A program made the position numbers and the translations under genes. From Patescibacteria group bacterium (lineage in GTDB: Bacteria > Patescibacteriota > Minisyncoccia > Phycocordibacterales > UBA1006), in NCBI GenBank assembly GCA_028286885.1, contig JAQBQS010000016.1:2809-66808 (forward strand): 64,000 nucleotides of DNA, given 5' to 3'. Below are positions 47,838 to 56,948 of the stretch, in pieces. The first letter of the stretch is position 1. Each line of letters starts with the position of its first letter. The notes beneath the pieces were generated by a model. The model searched no databases and was not told where the DNA came from. It was given only the letters and a program-made list of their open reading frames with translations.

Positions 47838-47880
47838 ACGGAGCGGGCCCTTCAGGGCCGCGCTCCGTTTTCACTCTCTA
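47838..47880. terminator. GC hairpin with flanking A- and T-runs just 3' of TR and 3' of avd
   Basis: aaaacGGAGCGGGCCCttcaGGGCCgCGCTCCgtttt. Confidence 0.5.
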
Positions 47881-48184
47881 TTTTTTTAATCCAACCGCCG
47901 ATGATTTTTCCAAGTTCCGCCAAGTGTTCCGAGAGGATCACATGCGCCCGGTCGGGAAGGCATTTCGCGTCGTTTGCGATGCGCAGCCGAAGCTGGATGC
48001 TTTTGAGTTCGACGTCGATTTTATTAACCAGCAACAACTGGCTTGCACCCTTCTTGGACCGCGCGAGCATTCCCATCTCGAGCGCTTCGAAGGCCTTGGG
48101 GATGATCGGAAGTCCGAGGGCGTACCGGTCGAATTTTGGCATTTTGCCTACATACATATGCAACGCGACAATGAACTTGCACAT
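47852..48184 (-). CDS. avd: DGR accessory variability determinant (Avd)-like four-helix-bundle protein
   Basis: 110 aa: MCKFIVALHMYVGKMPKFDRYALGLP...HVILSEHLAELGKIIGGWIKKIESE; resembles bAvd (…SIPRKHG… and …LIAEVGRILGSWIARV…); it is the 3' end of the long antisense ORF 47852-50584. Confidence 0.5.
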   Translation of the reverse strand: MCKFIVALHMYVGKMPKFDRYALGLPIIPKAFEALEMGMLARSKKGASQLLLVNKIDVELKSIQLRLRIANDAKCLPDRAHVILSEHLAELGKIIGGWIKKIESENGARP

Positions 48185-48216
48185 TTTGGCCGCGAAAGCG
48201 CTCGACGCCAAAATTC

Positions 48217-48230
48217 GGGGGGGGGGGGGG
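48217..48230. repeat. homopolymeric G14 tract between divergent avd and RT starts
   Basis: aaattcGGGGGGGGGGGGGGtgattcag. Confidence 0.8.
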
Positions 48231-49279
48231 TGATTCAGGACACCTATTCTAACATCATCTCGCTCAAAAACTTGTTCACCGCGTGGAAGGAATTTATCAT
48301 CGGCAAGAAAAATAAAGCGGACGTTCTTGAATTCGGCACGATGTACGAGCAGGAATTGATCGCGCTCCACGCTTCGCTCGATCTCGGACGGTATTCGCAC
48401 GGCGGCTACCACGCGTTCATGGTCTGCGATCCGAAGCGCAGATCGATCAACAAGGCCCGGGTGCGCGACCGCGTTTTGCATCACGCGATCCACAGGCTTC
48501 TCGTTCCGATATTCGAGCCCGGGTTCATTTTCGATTCCTATTCGTCGAGAAAAGCCAAAGGCGTCCATGCGGCGCGCGAGCGATTCCGCGAATTCGCGCG
48601 CGTGCTGTCGCGGAACAATACGAAAACAGTCTGGGTTCTCAAATGCGACATCAGGAAATTTTTCGATTCGGTCGACCATGCGGTTCTTATGGGCCTTCTC
48701 GCGCGCAGGCTGAAGTGCCCGCGGACGCTCGCGCTTCTCGGCAATATCATCCGAAGCTACGACTCCGGCGCGGGGAAGGGAATACCGCTCGGCAACCTGA
48801 CAAGCCAGCTGTTTTCGAACGTCTACATGGATCCGTTCGACCAGTTCATGAAAAGGATCGTCCGCGCGAAATGCTATATAAGGTACGCGGACGATTTCGT
48901 GATCCTTTCCCGCGACCGCGACTATTTGGCACGCCTGATTCCGACGATCAACGCCTTCCTGGACAAAGACCTCAAGCTCCGGATGCATCCGAACAAAGTC
49001 GAGATCAAGAAATGGCATTCCGGAATCGATTTTCTGGGGGCGACGATGTTCCCGCATTTTCGCGTTCTGCGCACCAAGACCAAAAGGCGCGCGTTCAGAA
49101 AAATCAGGAAGAACATTATTTTTTACAAGAACGGACTCATCCAATACGAGGATCTTGTTTCGATCATCCGTTCGTATCTGGGAATCATGCAGCACGTGGA
49201 CTCGTTCGGCGTCAGGCGAGACCTCTTGTCGATGATCAGGAGCATGGGATCCGCAGGTGTGGAATTCTCGAAATTGTGA
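48230..49279 (+). CDS. DGR reverse transcriptase
   Basis: RT motifs IRKFFDSVDH (motif 2), IPLGNLTSQLFSNVYMDPFD (DGR-specific [I/L]GxxxSQ in place of QGxxxSP), YADDFVIL (YxDD); about 349 aa from the GTG at 48230; the track ORF starts upstream at 47720 inside TR. Confidence 0.8.
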   Translation: MIQDTYSNIISLKNLFTAWKEFIIGKKNKADVLEFGTMYEQELIALHASLDLGRYSHGGYHAFMVCDPKRRSINKARVRDRVLHHAIHRLLVPIFEPGFIFDSYSSRKAKGVHAARERFREFARVLSRNNTKTVWVLKCDIRKFFDSVDHAVLMGLLARRLKCPRTLALLGNIIRSYDSGAGKGIPLGNLTSQLFSNVYMDPFDQFMKRIVRAKCYIRYADDFVILSRDRDYLARLIPTINAFLDKDLKLRMHPNKVEIKKWHSGIDFLGATMFPHFRVLRTKTKRRAFRKIRKNIIFYKNGLIQYEDLVSIIRSYLGIMQHVDSFGVRRDLLSMIRSMGSAGVEFSKL

Positions 49280-49291
49280 TAGTCTTGGCAC

Positions 49292-51319
49292 ATGAAAGGC
49301 CCCGTTTTCAAGATCGAACAACAAGACGCCGGCGATAAAAACGCGAAGCAAGAAGGCAAAGCCGCCCGGGTATTTGAGACCCATAAGGACTTTTTCGCCA
49401 ATTACACGAAACACGGCAACTTGGAAATCAAGCCCGCAACCGACGCGGGACTTGAAACGTCGGCGATCGATTTGTCGGATCCGAAGCGTCCGAAAATATT
49501 CCTCCACGACGATTTTCTCGAGGAAAAAAGCGGCGGAAGCGACATCGCGGGACTGTGGGCCGCGTCGCACGAGTGCGAGCATCTCGTGGAACTTTTGGGG
49601 CTCTTGAACGAAAAGGACGGGCCGGGAATCTGGCGCGACCGGCAGGCGGCGATCGATGCCGATCCGAGCTTGCACATTCTGGACAATTGCCTGGACGACG
49701 TGAAAATGAACCGAAGCGTCGTTGCGAAGGCTCCGGTCACGCGCGGCAGCTTCCATGAAATTTACGACAAGAAGCTTTTTGCGGACACGGATTTTACCAA
49801 GATCCCGAAACATCTGCAGTTTGCGTACGCGTTGCTGAACGAAGACCCGATCAACGGAGGGCGCGCGTGCACCGTTTCGCCCGACGTGCGCCAGGAAATT
49901 ACGCGCCTCCGGGCCGTTCAAAACGGGCAAAAGCAAAATTTGTTCAACTTCATGACCAATCCCGATGTCGGAATGAAGGACCGCCTGAAGCTGCAGGAAA
50001 TGTTTTTCGAGCCGGTCTATAAAAAATTCAAGCGGGACGACGACAAGAATTGGGAGCCGCCCAAAGACGGCGACAAGAAAGAAGGCGAGGGAAGCCCCGA
50101 TCAGAATCAAGGACAGCAAGGCGAAGGGCAGGATCAAGAAGGCGGCCAGCCTCCAAAGTCCCAAGACCAAAAACCTTCCGGCGACGGAAAAGGCAAGCCG
50201 GAGAAAAAAGAAGGTCCGTCCGAAAACGGCGATCCGAAAGATTCCGAATCCGAACCCGGAGACGGCAAGAAAACGGATGAAAAATACAAGGAGCTCTACG
50301 ACAAGTTCAACGAGGCGATGAAGCAGGCCGTCCCGAAAGATCTCGAGGAAAAAGCCGTCGAGGAATTCATCGACAACAAATCCGATCGGAAAAGCTACGA
50401 GGAGCAATCGCTCGAAGCGTACGCGCTCGCCGAAGGCGTGACGGTCGAAGATTTGAAAGGCTATCGCCGCTACATCGACCGCGTCGAGGAATTGCGCAAT
50501 CCCGAGACCGACGAACTGCTGATCGAGGAAATCCGCAACATTTTCCGCCGCATCATCGCCGAGCGCACCGCAAAGCTGCCGCAATCTAAAATGCCGCAGA
50601 GCGAAGGCGTCACGATCCGGTTTCCCGCCCAGGCCGTCGTCCAGACCAAAGCCGGAAATCCCGAACCCGAAGTCTGGCAGACGATCGAAGAGAAGGAGGC
50701 GGTCAAGGAATTGATCGGCAAGTTCGACGTGACGCTGGTGTGCGACCGGTCCCGCTCCATGGGTTCAGGCGGAAAACTGGAAGCCCAGCGGACGACGTCG
50801 GCTCTGGTTTTGGAAGCTTTGCGCGAGTTCGGCACGGACCTCGAGGACGCGGCGGCGGATTTGGAATCGAATCTCGAAATCAGGACGGAAGTTTGGTCGT
50901 TCGGCGACGACGCGCAGTGCGAACTTTTGAAAGCACTGTCTCCGACGCTCTCCGAAAAAGAACGGGTGCTCGTCTATCAGAAGCTGTCGCAGGTGCCCGG
51001 AAACTCGACCAAGGATTACCAGACCCTCGAAAAGCTGCTGAAGAGTTTGGACCCGAAAGATCTGGACGCGATCGCCGAGAAGAAGCTGCGCAAAATCGTC
51101 TTTGTCGTTTCCGACGGCGAGAGCAGCGACGTCGCCGCAACGAAACGGATTCTCGCGAAGCTTCGCGAAAAAGGAATTCTCGTCTACGGAATCGGCGTCA
51201 CGAACGAAGCGCGATCGATCGAGACGACCTATGCGCCCTCCGGCCGCGTCTGTCCCGACCAGAACCAGCTCCCGGTTGTCATGGGCGAACTCTTGAAAGA
51301 GCAGCTGGAGACCGTCTGA
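49292..51319 (+). CDS. vWA-domain protein (MoxR-partner type) with acidic/Gln/Gly-rich low-complexity linker
   Basis: MIDAS VCDRSRSMGSGGK (DxSxS), later IVFVVSDGESSDV; 675 aa; sits where the vWA partner of a MoxR-type ATPase is expected. Confidence 0.6.
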   Translation: MKGPVFKIEQQDAGDKNAKQEGKAARVFETHKDFFANYTKHGNLEIKPATDAGLETSAIDLSDPKRPKIFLHDDFLEEKSGGSDIAGLWAASHECEHLVELLGLLNEKDGPGIWRDRQAAIDADPSLHILDNCLDDVKMNRSVVAKAPVTRGSFHEIYDKKLFADTDFTKIPKHLQFAYALLNEDPINGGRACTVSPDVRQEITRLRAVQNGQKQNLFNFMTNPDVGMKDRLKLQEMFFEPVYKKFKRDDDKNWEPPKDGDKKEGEGSPDQNQGQQGEGQDQEGGQPPKSQDQKPSGDGKGKPEKKEGPSENGDPKDSESEPGDGKKTDEKYKELYDKFNEAMKQAVPKDLEEKAVEEFIDNKSDRKSYEEQSLEAYALAEGVTVEDLKGYRRYIDRVEELRNPETDELLIEEIRNIFRRIIAERTAKLPQSKMPQSEGVTIRFPAQAVVQTKAGNPEPEVWQTIEEKEAVKELIGKFDVTLVCDRSRSMGSGGKLEAQRTTSALVLEALREFGTDLEDAAADLESNLEIRTEVWSFGDDAQCELLKALSPTLSEKERVLVYQKLSQVPGNSTKDYQTLEKLLKSLDPKDLDAIAEKKLRKIVFVVSDGESSDVAATKRILAKLREKGILVYGIGVTNEARSIETTYAPSGRVCPDQNQLPVVMGELLKEQLETV

Positions 51320-51521
51320 TTTCTTGGGTAAGGGATGCGGATAAAATAAGCAAGAATAAAAGCCTTTCGATTGGATCGAAAGGCTTTTTTGTTGAGGCTC
51401 TGCTTCCTCGAGGCTCACCGTTTAGTATTTATTTGTCAAGTACTCTTGATTAAGCCTTTAATTGCAAAGGAATGCTCCCCATGGTACTGTTTGCAAAATC
51501 ATTCACTCTTAAAACAACATA

Positions 51522-52487
51522 ATGATACAACTCATCAACGCTATTTTTGTCATGGGCTGGTATATCGGCGCCGGACTTTTTGTACTGCAGTCGTACAAGC
51601 TCTATAAATCCAAGGATGCAAACGGCGTTTCGATAATCGCAGCCGTCGGATTTTTTATTCTCAATCTCAATTCGAGCTTCTGGATGTATTTCCATCACGA
51701 GTATCTGACGATCATCGGAACGATGGGAATCGCGCTTGCCAACTTGGCCAATGCAATCCTTGCGTGGAACTACGGAGGAAGGCCAAAGTACGACGCCGTT
51801 ATTTTTGATCTGGACGGAACAATTTTTGACACGCAGACGCCTGTTCATGCGACGGCCGAATGCAGCATCCTCGCGACCCATGGAATTATTCTTGAACCGG
51901 CAGAAATTTCGGAGCGCTTCGCGGGCATGTCCACGCTCAAAGTCTTCAAGGATCTCGCGCCGCATCTTGACGAACATGAACTCTTCGACCAGAAGTGGAA
52001 CATGATACGCGAGATGCTCGAATCGAAGCATCCTGAACCGATTAAAGGGATGGACCGACTGCTCGCGCATCTGCGACTCAAGAAAACATTGACTGCCGTC
52101 GCGTCTGCATCACCTCGGTGGTACATCGAACTCATGATGAAGAAAAATATCGGCAAGCGCATTTCCGAAGCGGTAGGTCCTGTTTTCAGAGATACGCCGC
52201 TCGGATATTATTTCCAGCAGAATTATGTTTCAGCCGACGAAGTCGAGAATCCAAAGCCGGCACCCGATGTATTCCTAGAAGCCGCAAAACGTCTCGGTGT
52301 CGATCCTCAAAGATGTCTCGTCATCGGCGACGGCATGTCGGACGTTCGTGGCGGAACGGCTGCGGGGATGGATGTCATCTTCTTGGGCAAGGCGAGCGAA
52401 GAACTTGAAAAGCTTGATAATGTCATTTCATTTTCAAACAGCGAGGACTTGGTTTCGTATCTGATCAAGCAGAAGAATTTCTTTTGA
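51522..52487 (+). CDS. HAD-family hydrolase with N-terminal 3-TM segment
   Basis: AVIFDLDGTIFDT motif I, ...VIGDGMSDVRGG motif IV; about 85 aa of N-terminal hydrophobic helices. Confidence 0.5.
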   Translation: MIQLINAIFVMGWYIGAGLFVLQSYKLYKSKDANGVSIIAAVGFFILNLNSSFWMYFHHEYLTIIGTMGIALANLANAILAWNYGGRPKYDAVIFDLDGTIFDTQTPVHATAECSILATHGIILEPAEISERFAGMSTLKVFKDLAPHLDEHELFDQKWNMIREMLESKHPEPIKGMDRLLAHLRLKKTLTAVASASPRWYIELMMKKNIGKRISEAVGPVFRDTPLGYYFQQNYVSADEVENPKPAPDVFLEAAKRLGVDPQRCLVIGDGMSDVRGGTAAGMDVIFLGKASEELEKLDNVISFSNSEDLVSYLIKQKNFF

Positions 52488-52577
52488 AAGCAAATCACAC
52501 TGGAAGGTGTGATTTTTTATTTGGAAAGTAAAAAACTGCGCTCGCCGTGAAGGCTGCGCAGTTTGAATGCTGGATGA

Positions 52578-54161
52578 TTATTCAAATTCAGTGGTAGCAG
52601 GGGGCTTGGGAGTGTAATCCCAGAACACCCTGTTGACCAGCGTATGCTTGGTAATCTCGTTCGTGATTCTCTCCATCACGTGCGGCGCCAGATACATGGG
52701 CTTGACCGTCATGAAGTCCGACGTGGTGATCGGACGAACGATGATGGAATAGGCGAGCGATCTCGCGTCTCCTTTGACTCCCGTTGTCTTGGTTCCGTCG
52801 AGCGCGACAACCAGCTGCGATATCTCATCGTAGCAGTTCTCATCTTTGAGGATCGCGGTGACGATCTTGTCAGCCCATTGGACCGTCTTGATCAGGTTTC
52901 GCGTTGCCGGTATGCCAAGAATGCGCAGATACAGTCCCGGTCCCGGAAAGGGTTTCCGTTCCGCGATCATCGCGTCAAGGTTGAGGCTGCGCGCGATGGC
53001 GCGGATCTCATGCTTGAAGAGATGAGACAGCGGTTCGACCTTCGGTATCGAGAAGTCCACGATGTTGTGGTGCGACTTGATCAAGGCGGATTTTCCTTTC
53101 TTTCCCGACTCGATCAAATCCGTTGCGAGCGTTCCCTGGATCATGTGGGTGATCCGGTATTTTGAAATGATCCGTTCGAATGTCTCGCGATAGGCCTTCA
53201 TGAATCGCTTGCGCTTTTCTTCGGGATCGGTCGCCTTGCCGATGGTTTTAAGAAACCGGCTGCTTGCCTTGACGACATTGATCGGGATCCCCGCCCGCGC
53301 CATGGTGGCTTGGACTTCTTCGATCTCGCCTTCTCTCATCCCGCCGTGATCAATGATGAACGAGACGAGGTTGTCGCCCATGATAGGCGCCAAGATGGCG
53401 GCGAGCGTCGTGGAATCAACTCCTCCGCTTAAGCCGAGGAGTGCGCGACCGCCGCCGACCTCTGTCAGAACGTGGTTTCTTATTTCATCGATCGCGTTTT
53501 CGGAATTCCAGTCAGGGACGCATTTTGCAATACCTGCGAAATTTTTCAGGATCGAGTTGTCATCGTCGGTTTGGATAACCTCGGGATGAAACTGGAGCGC
53601 GATAATTTTTCCGAGAGGTGAAATGATTCCCTCGATGACTTTTCCTCCGTCCGTTCCTGATGATGCGATTTCTTCGAATCCGTTTGGAAGATTTGCAACG
53701 ATGTCGCCGTGGCTTGTCCACGCGTTCAAATGCGTTTGGAGATCTGCAAAAATCCGTTCTTCGTTGTTGATGCGGATTTTCATCGGGCCGTAGCCTTTCT
53801 GATCCGTATTTCCTTTTTGCACCGATGAAGAATCTAAAAGGTGTGCAATGAGCTGCATGCCGTAGCAGATGCCGAGGACGTAGTAGTCGCCGTTTAAAAG
53901 TTCTACGGGAATGGTCGGCGCATTCTCGTCGTAGACGCTCGCGTTTCCTCCGGAGAGGATGAGCGCTTTCGGAGAATTTTCTGCCAGGCATTCTTTCAGT
54001 TTTTCAGGGCTTGTGATAACCGATCTGAATCCGAGAAGCGCAAGAGTCCTTGCGATGATGGTCGTGTACTGCGAGCCGAAATCGATAATGACGAATTGTG
54101 GTTTATTCATGTTGTTAATGTTTGTTTGCGCGAGCGTATCATTGTTTTGGAACAGTGTCAA
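52578..54161 (-). CDS. guaA: GMP synthase (glutamine-hydrolyzing)
   Basis: GATase domain FVIIDFGSQYTTIIARTLALLGF...GICYGMQL; ATP-PPase domain SGGVDSTTLAAIL; 527 aa. Confidence 0.85.
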   Translation of the reverse strand: MTLFQNNDTLAQTNINNMNKPQFVIIDFGSQYTTIIARTLALLGFRSVITSPEKLKECLAENSPKALILSGGNASVYDENAPTIPVELLNGDYYVLGICYGMQLIAHLLDSSSVQKGNTDQKGYGPMKIRINNEERIFADLQTHLNAWTSHGDIVANLPNGFEEIASSGTDGGKVIEGIISPLGKIIALQFHPEVIQTDDDNSILKNFAGIAKCVPDWNSENAIDEIRNHVLTEVGGGRALLGLSGGVDSTTLAAILAPIMGDNLVSFIIDHGGMREGEIEEVQATMARAGIPINVVKASSRFLKTIGKATDPEEKRKRFMKAYRETFERIISKYRITHMIQGTLATDLIESGKKGKSALIKSHHNIVDFSIPKVEPLSHLFKHEIRAIARSLNLDAMIAERKPFPGPGLYLRILGIPATRNLIKTVQWADKIVTAILKDENCYDEISQLVVALDGTKTTGVKGDARSLAYSIIVRPITTSDFMTVKPMYLAPHVMERITNEITKHTLVNRVFWDYTPKPPATTEFE

Positions 54162-54202
54162 TTAATTAAAATGCGGATCCGTAATTATGGTATTCTTCTA
54201 TC

Positions 54203-54823
54203 ATGAAAAAACTTCCCTCAGATTTCAAAGAGCTTTCTTCAAATCCGGAACTCTGGAACGAGGTCATGGAATACAATTGTTCGTCAGGAACCTACGAACA
54301 ATGGGAAGGAAAGAGAAAATTCATCGCGGGTGCGATCAACGGCGACGGCACAATATTGGATATCGGGTGCGCGGGCGGAATGTTTTTGAAGTCTCTTCAA
54401 AACTGGTCGCAGTTTGAACTTGTTCCGTATGGAATCGATATCGACGAATCGTACATCGAAGCCGCAAAGAATCTGTTTCCGGAATGTCCGGATCATTTCG
54501 CCGTGCGCGGACTCGCGGATGCGGGAAACCTCGCATCGGCTGGACTTCCCGAGCGTTACGACTTCGTATATGTCAGCGTCATCTACAACGTAAAATGGGT
54601 TGAATTTATCAAGAATACGCTGTTGCCGATGGCCAAGAAGCGACTGGTTCTTGGATTTTATGCGCCGAATAAATTCGAGTTCGAAAGCGAAGGATGGAAA
54701 CAGGAGCGCGCATGGCTTGCCGAGATTATCCAAAGCCTTAAGGATGCAGGTTTGGAATGCTCGGAACCCGTATTTAATCCTGACAGGTTCAACCAGTCGT
54801 ATGTCTGGATCGACAAGGAATAG
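54203..54823 (+). CDS. class I SAM-dependent methyltransferase
   Basis: ILDIGCAGGMF glycine-rich SAM-binding motif. Confidence 0.5.
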   Translation: MKKLPSDFKELSSNPELWNEVMEYNCSSGTYEQWEGKRKFIAGAINGDGTILDIGCAGGMFLKSLQNWSQFELVPYGIDIDESYIEAAKNLFPECPDHFAVRGLADAGNLASAGLPERYDFVYVSVIYNVKWVEFIKNTLLPMAKKRLVLGFYAPNKFEFESEGWKQERAWLAEIIQSLKDAGLECSEPVFNPDRFNQSYVWIDKE

Positions 54824-54912
54824 GGCAGCGGGATACTTGACTTTTAAGCATATATATGCTATCGTTGCTTTGACAGCATTTTATAGTTCACTCATAAAAT
54901 CCAATAAATAAT

Positions 54913-55539
54913 ATGTATTCAGCAAAGCAAAAATTCTGGACAATATTTCTTGCGTACCTTTGTTACAAAATCGAGAAGAAGGTTCAGAACCTCGAAGACG
55001 TGAAGTATGTTCTTCCTATCTGGAATGAGCTCGGTCCTAAAATCATGGAACAATGGCTAAACTCAGGCGACATTTTTCCGGAACATCACCATCAGACGTA
55101 TCTTCATTTTAATTATGGAGGCACATATAACGGCACGATTTTTGGCAAGGTGTTCGGCGAGAAGCTGGAAGAAGCCTACGGCCAGCACGTCATATCGCCA
55201 GGGATGAGAGATGTCTCAATCAAATTTGAGACTGACATCGCCCCGTTTCCTGAACGTGAAAAGAATCTGTACGAGAATCTCCGTCTTGAAATCAGGGAAG
55301 ACGATCGTGTCACCCAGTTCAGTGAAAACGGCGGATTCGCTGCATATTACGACATCCCGCATATGACTACGGTCATGACGGAGTCAAAAAAGGAAGCATT
55401 CAGGGAAGGCTGCAAAACCAGCTTCAACGATGACTTCATGGATTTCTTCGAGAAGAACATCGGTCTCGAGTTTGAAAAGGCACTGATCTTCTTCTGTGAT
55501 GTAATTCCCAGAAGACTGAAGCAGGAAGTTCCTGCTTAA
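54913..55539 (+). CDS. hypothetical protein
   Basis: 208-aa ORF; followed by a bidirectional terminator CCACCCTCTCTAgcaaTGGAGAGGGTGttttt at about 55548-55580. Confidence 0.3.
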   Translation: MYSAKQKFWTIFLAYLCYKIEKKVQNLEDVKYVLPIWNELGPKIMEQWLNSGDIFPEHHHQTYLHFNYGGTYNGTIFGKVFGEKLEEAYGQHVISPGMRDVSIKFETDIAPFPEREKNLYENLRLEIREDDRVTQFSENGGFAAYYDIPHMTTVMTESKKEAFREGCKTSFNDDFMDFFEKNIGLEFEKALIFFCDVIPRRLKQEVPA

Positions 55540-55607
55540 AACATTCGCCACCCTCTCTAGCAATGGAGAGGGTGTTTTTTACTTTCAAATAAAAGAGCCT
55601 TTTAAGG

Positions 55608-56570
55608 CTAATTTATCATTGCACCCATATTCTGCCTAAAGGTTATTCTATCCCTTCCTTTTACAATTCCTCCCATGAGAGTGTTGGCGACTACCTTACC
55701 GCCGGGTTCTATGGTTATTATCCCTCCCATCAGTTTGTCGAGAATAAGCGTAACGCCTGACTTCACTGTAACCATTCCGCCCATAATTTTATTGATGGTT
55801 ACGGTCCCGGTTCCGTTAAGTACGGTGTTTCCTCCCATTATCTTGTCCAAGCTTGGTGACGTACTAGCATCAATCGTTTTACTACCCATAGCTTCGGAAT
55901 AATTTCCCTGTGAAGAGGAAGTAAACGTTGAAGAATAGGTTGTTGATTTGCCGTAGGATACGTCTCCGGACGACGTCTGCGTTGTTTTTATTTTCCCCTT
56001 TTCAAATGTGATAGCCGAGGTGCCATTCATATCGAAACTGGTTGCTCCGAACACGATCGATCCTCCCGTGCGGACCGGCTGGGGCACGCCCGCATCTTGG
56101 GCCATTTTTTCGGAAATCGGTTTTTTGTTGGAATCGAAATAGTGCACCTGTCCGTCCTTGATCAGGACATAGACAGTGGCATTTGGAGCTCCTTCGCGGT
56201 TCGGCTCCCGTCTCGGCTCTTCTTTCCTTTCGCGCCGAGGCTCCTCTCTGGTTGCTTCCTGTTTCGGCGGATTTGCGAGTATTTTTTCAATTTTGTCGAG
56301 CATCACTGCCTGATCTGAATTGTTCTCTACGAGAACAGCTTGGATCGCCAACAGAAGGGGCGTCAGTTGTGCCTGCATAGAGGGCCGTTTCTCGTATTCA
56401 TCGGTAACGAGATCAGTTGCTTGGTAAATGTATGCGACGCGCTTGCGAAGTTCTTCGGGGAGCCTGTCTTGGTGAAGACGCTTCCAAAAGAGTCTTCGGA
56501 ATTCTTTCATGCTGAAGTCTTCCATATTATTCTTCGGTTGGCCGAAATTTGAATCGCCTGGCATTTTCAT
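55608..56570 (-). CDS. hypothetical protein with C-terminal (L/I)MGG beta-repeat region (bactofilin-like?)
   Basis: Five repeats ...KIMGGNTV..., KIMGGMVTV, KLMGGIITI, TLMGGIVKG, QNMGAMIN. Confidence 0.3.
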   Translation of the reverse strand: MKMPGDSNFGQPKNNMEDFSMKEFRRLFWKRLHQDRLPEELRKRVAYIYQATDLVTDEYEKRPSMQAQLTPLLLAIQAVLVENNSDQAVMLDKIEKILANPPKQEATREEPRRERKEEPRREPNREGAPNATVYVLIKDGQVHYFDSNKKPISEKMAQDAGVPQPVRTGGSIVFGATSFDMNGTSAITFEKGKIKTTQTSSGDVSYGKSTTYSSTFTSSSQGNYSEAMGSKTIDASTSPSLDKIMGGNTVLNGTGTVTINKIMGGMVTVKSGVTLILDKLMGGIITIEPGGKVVANTLMGGIVKGRDRITFRQNMGAMIN

Positions 56571-56677
56571 GGTTCCACTATACGCGAGGAACGGATGCTT
56601 GGAAAGTTCTCTTGACTTTATTTGATTATAATGTCATTATAATCCCGAGAATAATTCAAAACCAAAATCAAAACAGA

Positions 56678-56830
56678 TGAAAAGAATACTATGTACATAC
56701 ATCGTGCTTGCCATTCTGGCTTCGGGATGTTCGACGGGCTATCGTCCGTACGGAAAGGCGAAACAGCAAAAGGCATTTGAGAGCTATCAAAGAAGCGAAA
56801 AGCGCAGGAATGCGCATTCAGGCAGATGAT
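56678..56830 (+). CDS. small lipoprotein (50 aa, entericidin-like size), below ORF-track cutoff
   Basis: MKRILCTYIVLAILASGCSTGYRPYGKAKQQKAFESYQRSEKRRNAHSGR; lipobox LASGC; followed by the terminator AAAGCCGGTaaaAGCCGGTTTTTCTTTT. Confidence 0.35.
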
Positions 56831-56948
56831 CCAAAGGAATGTTTTTAAAGCCGGTAAAAGCCGGTTTTTCTTTTGAACAAAGTCTTGACTTAAATTGTTT
56901 ATTATGTCACTATAACCTCGAAACATATTTAACAACCAAATAAAAAAC

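Noticed and set aside
47852-50584. 910-aa stop-free ORF on the minus strand, antisense to the RT and vWA genes
   Set aside because: The GC-rich region lacks antisense stops. RT (YADD, LGNLTSQ) and vWA (MIDAS) motifs are on the plus strand. Only the 3'-terminal 110 codons (47852-48184), which resemble Avd, were kept.
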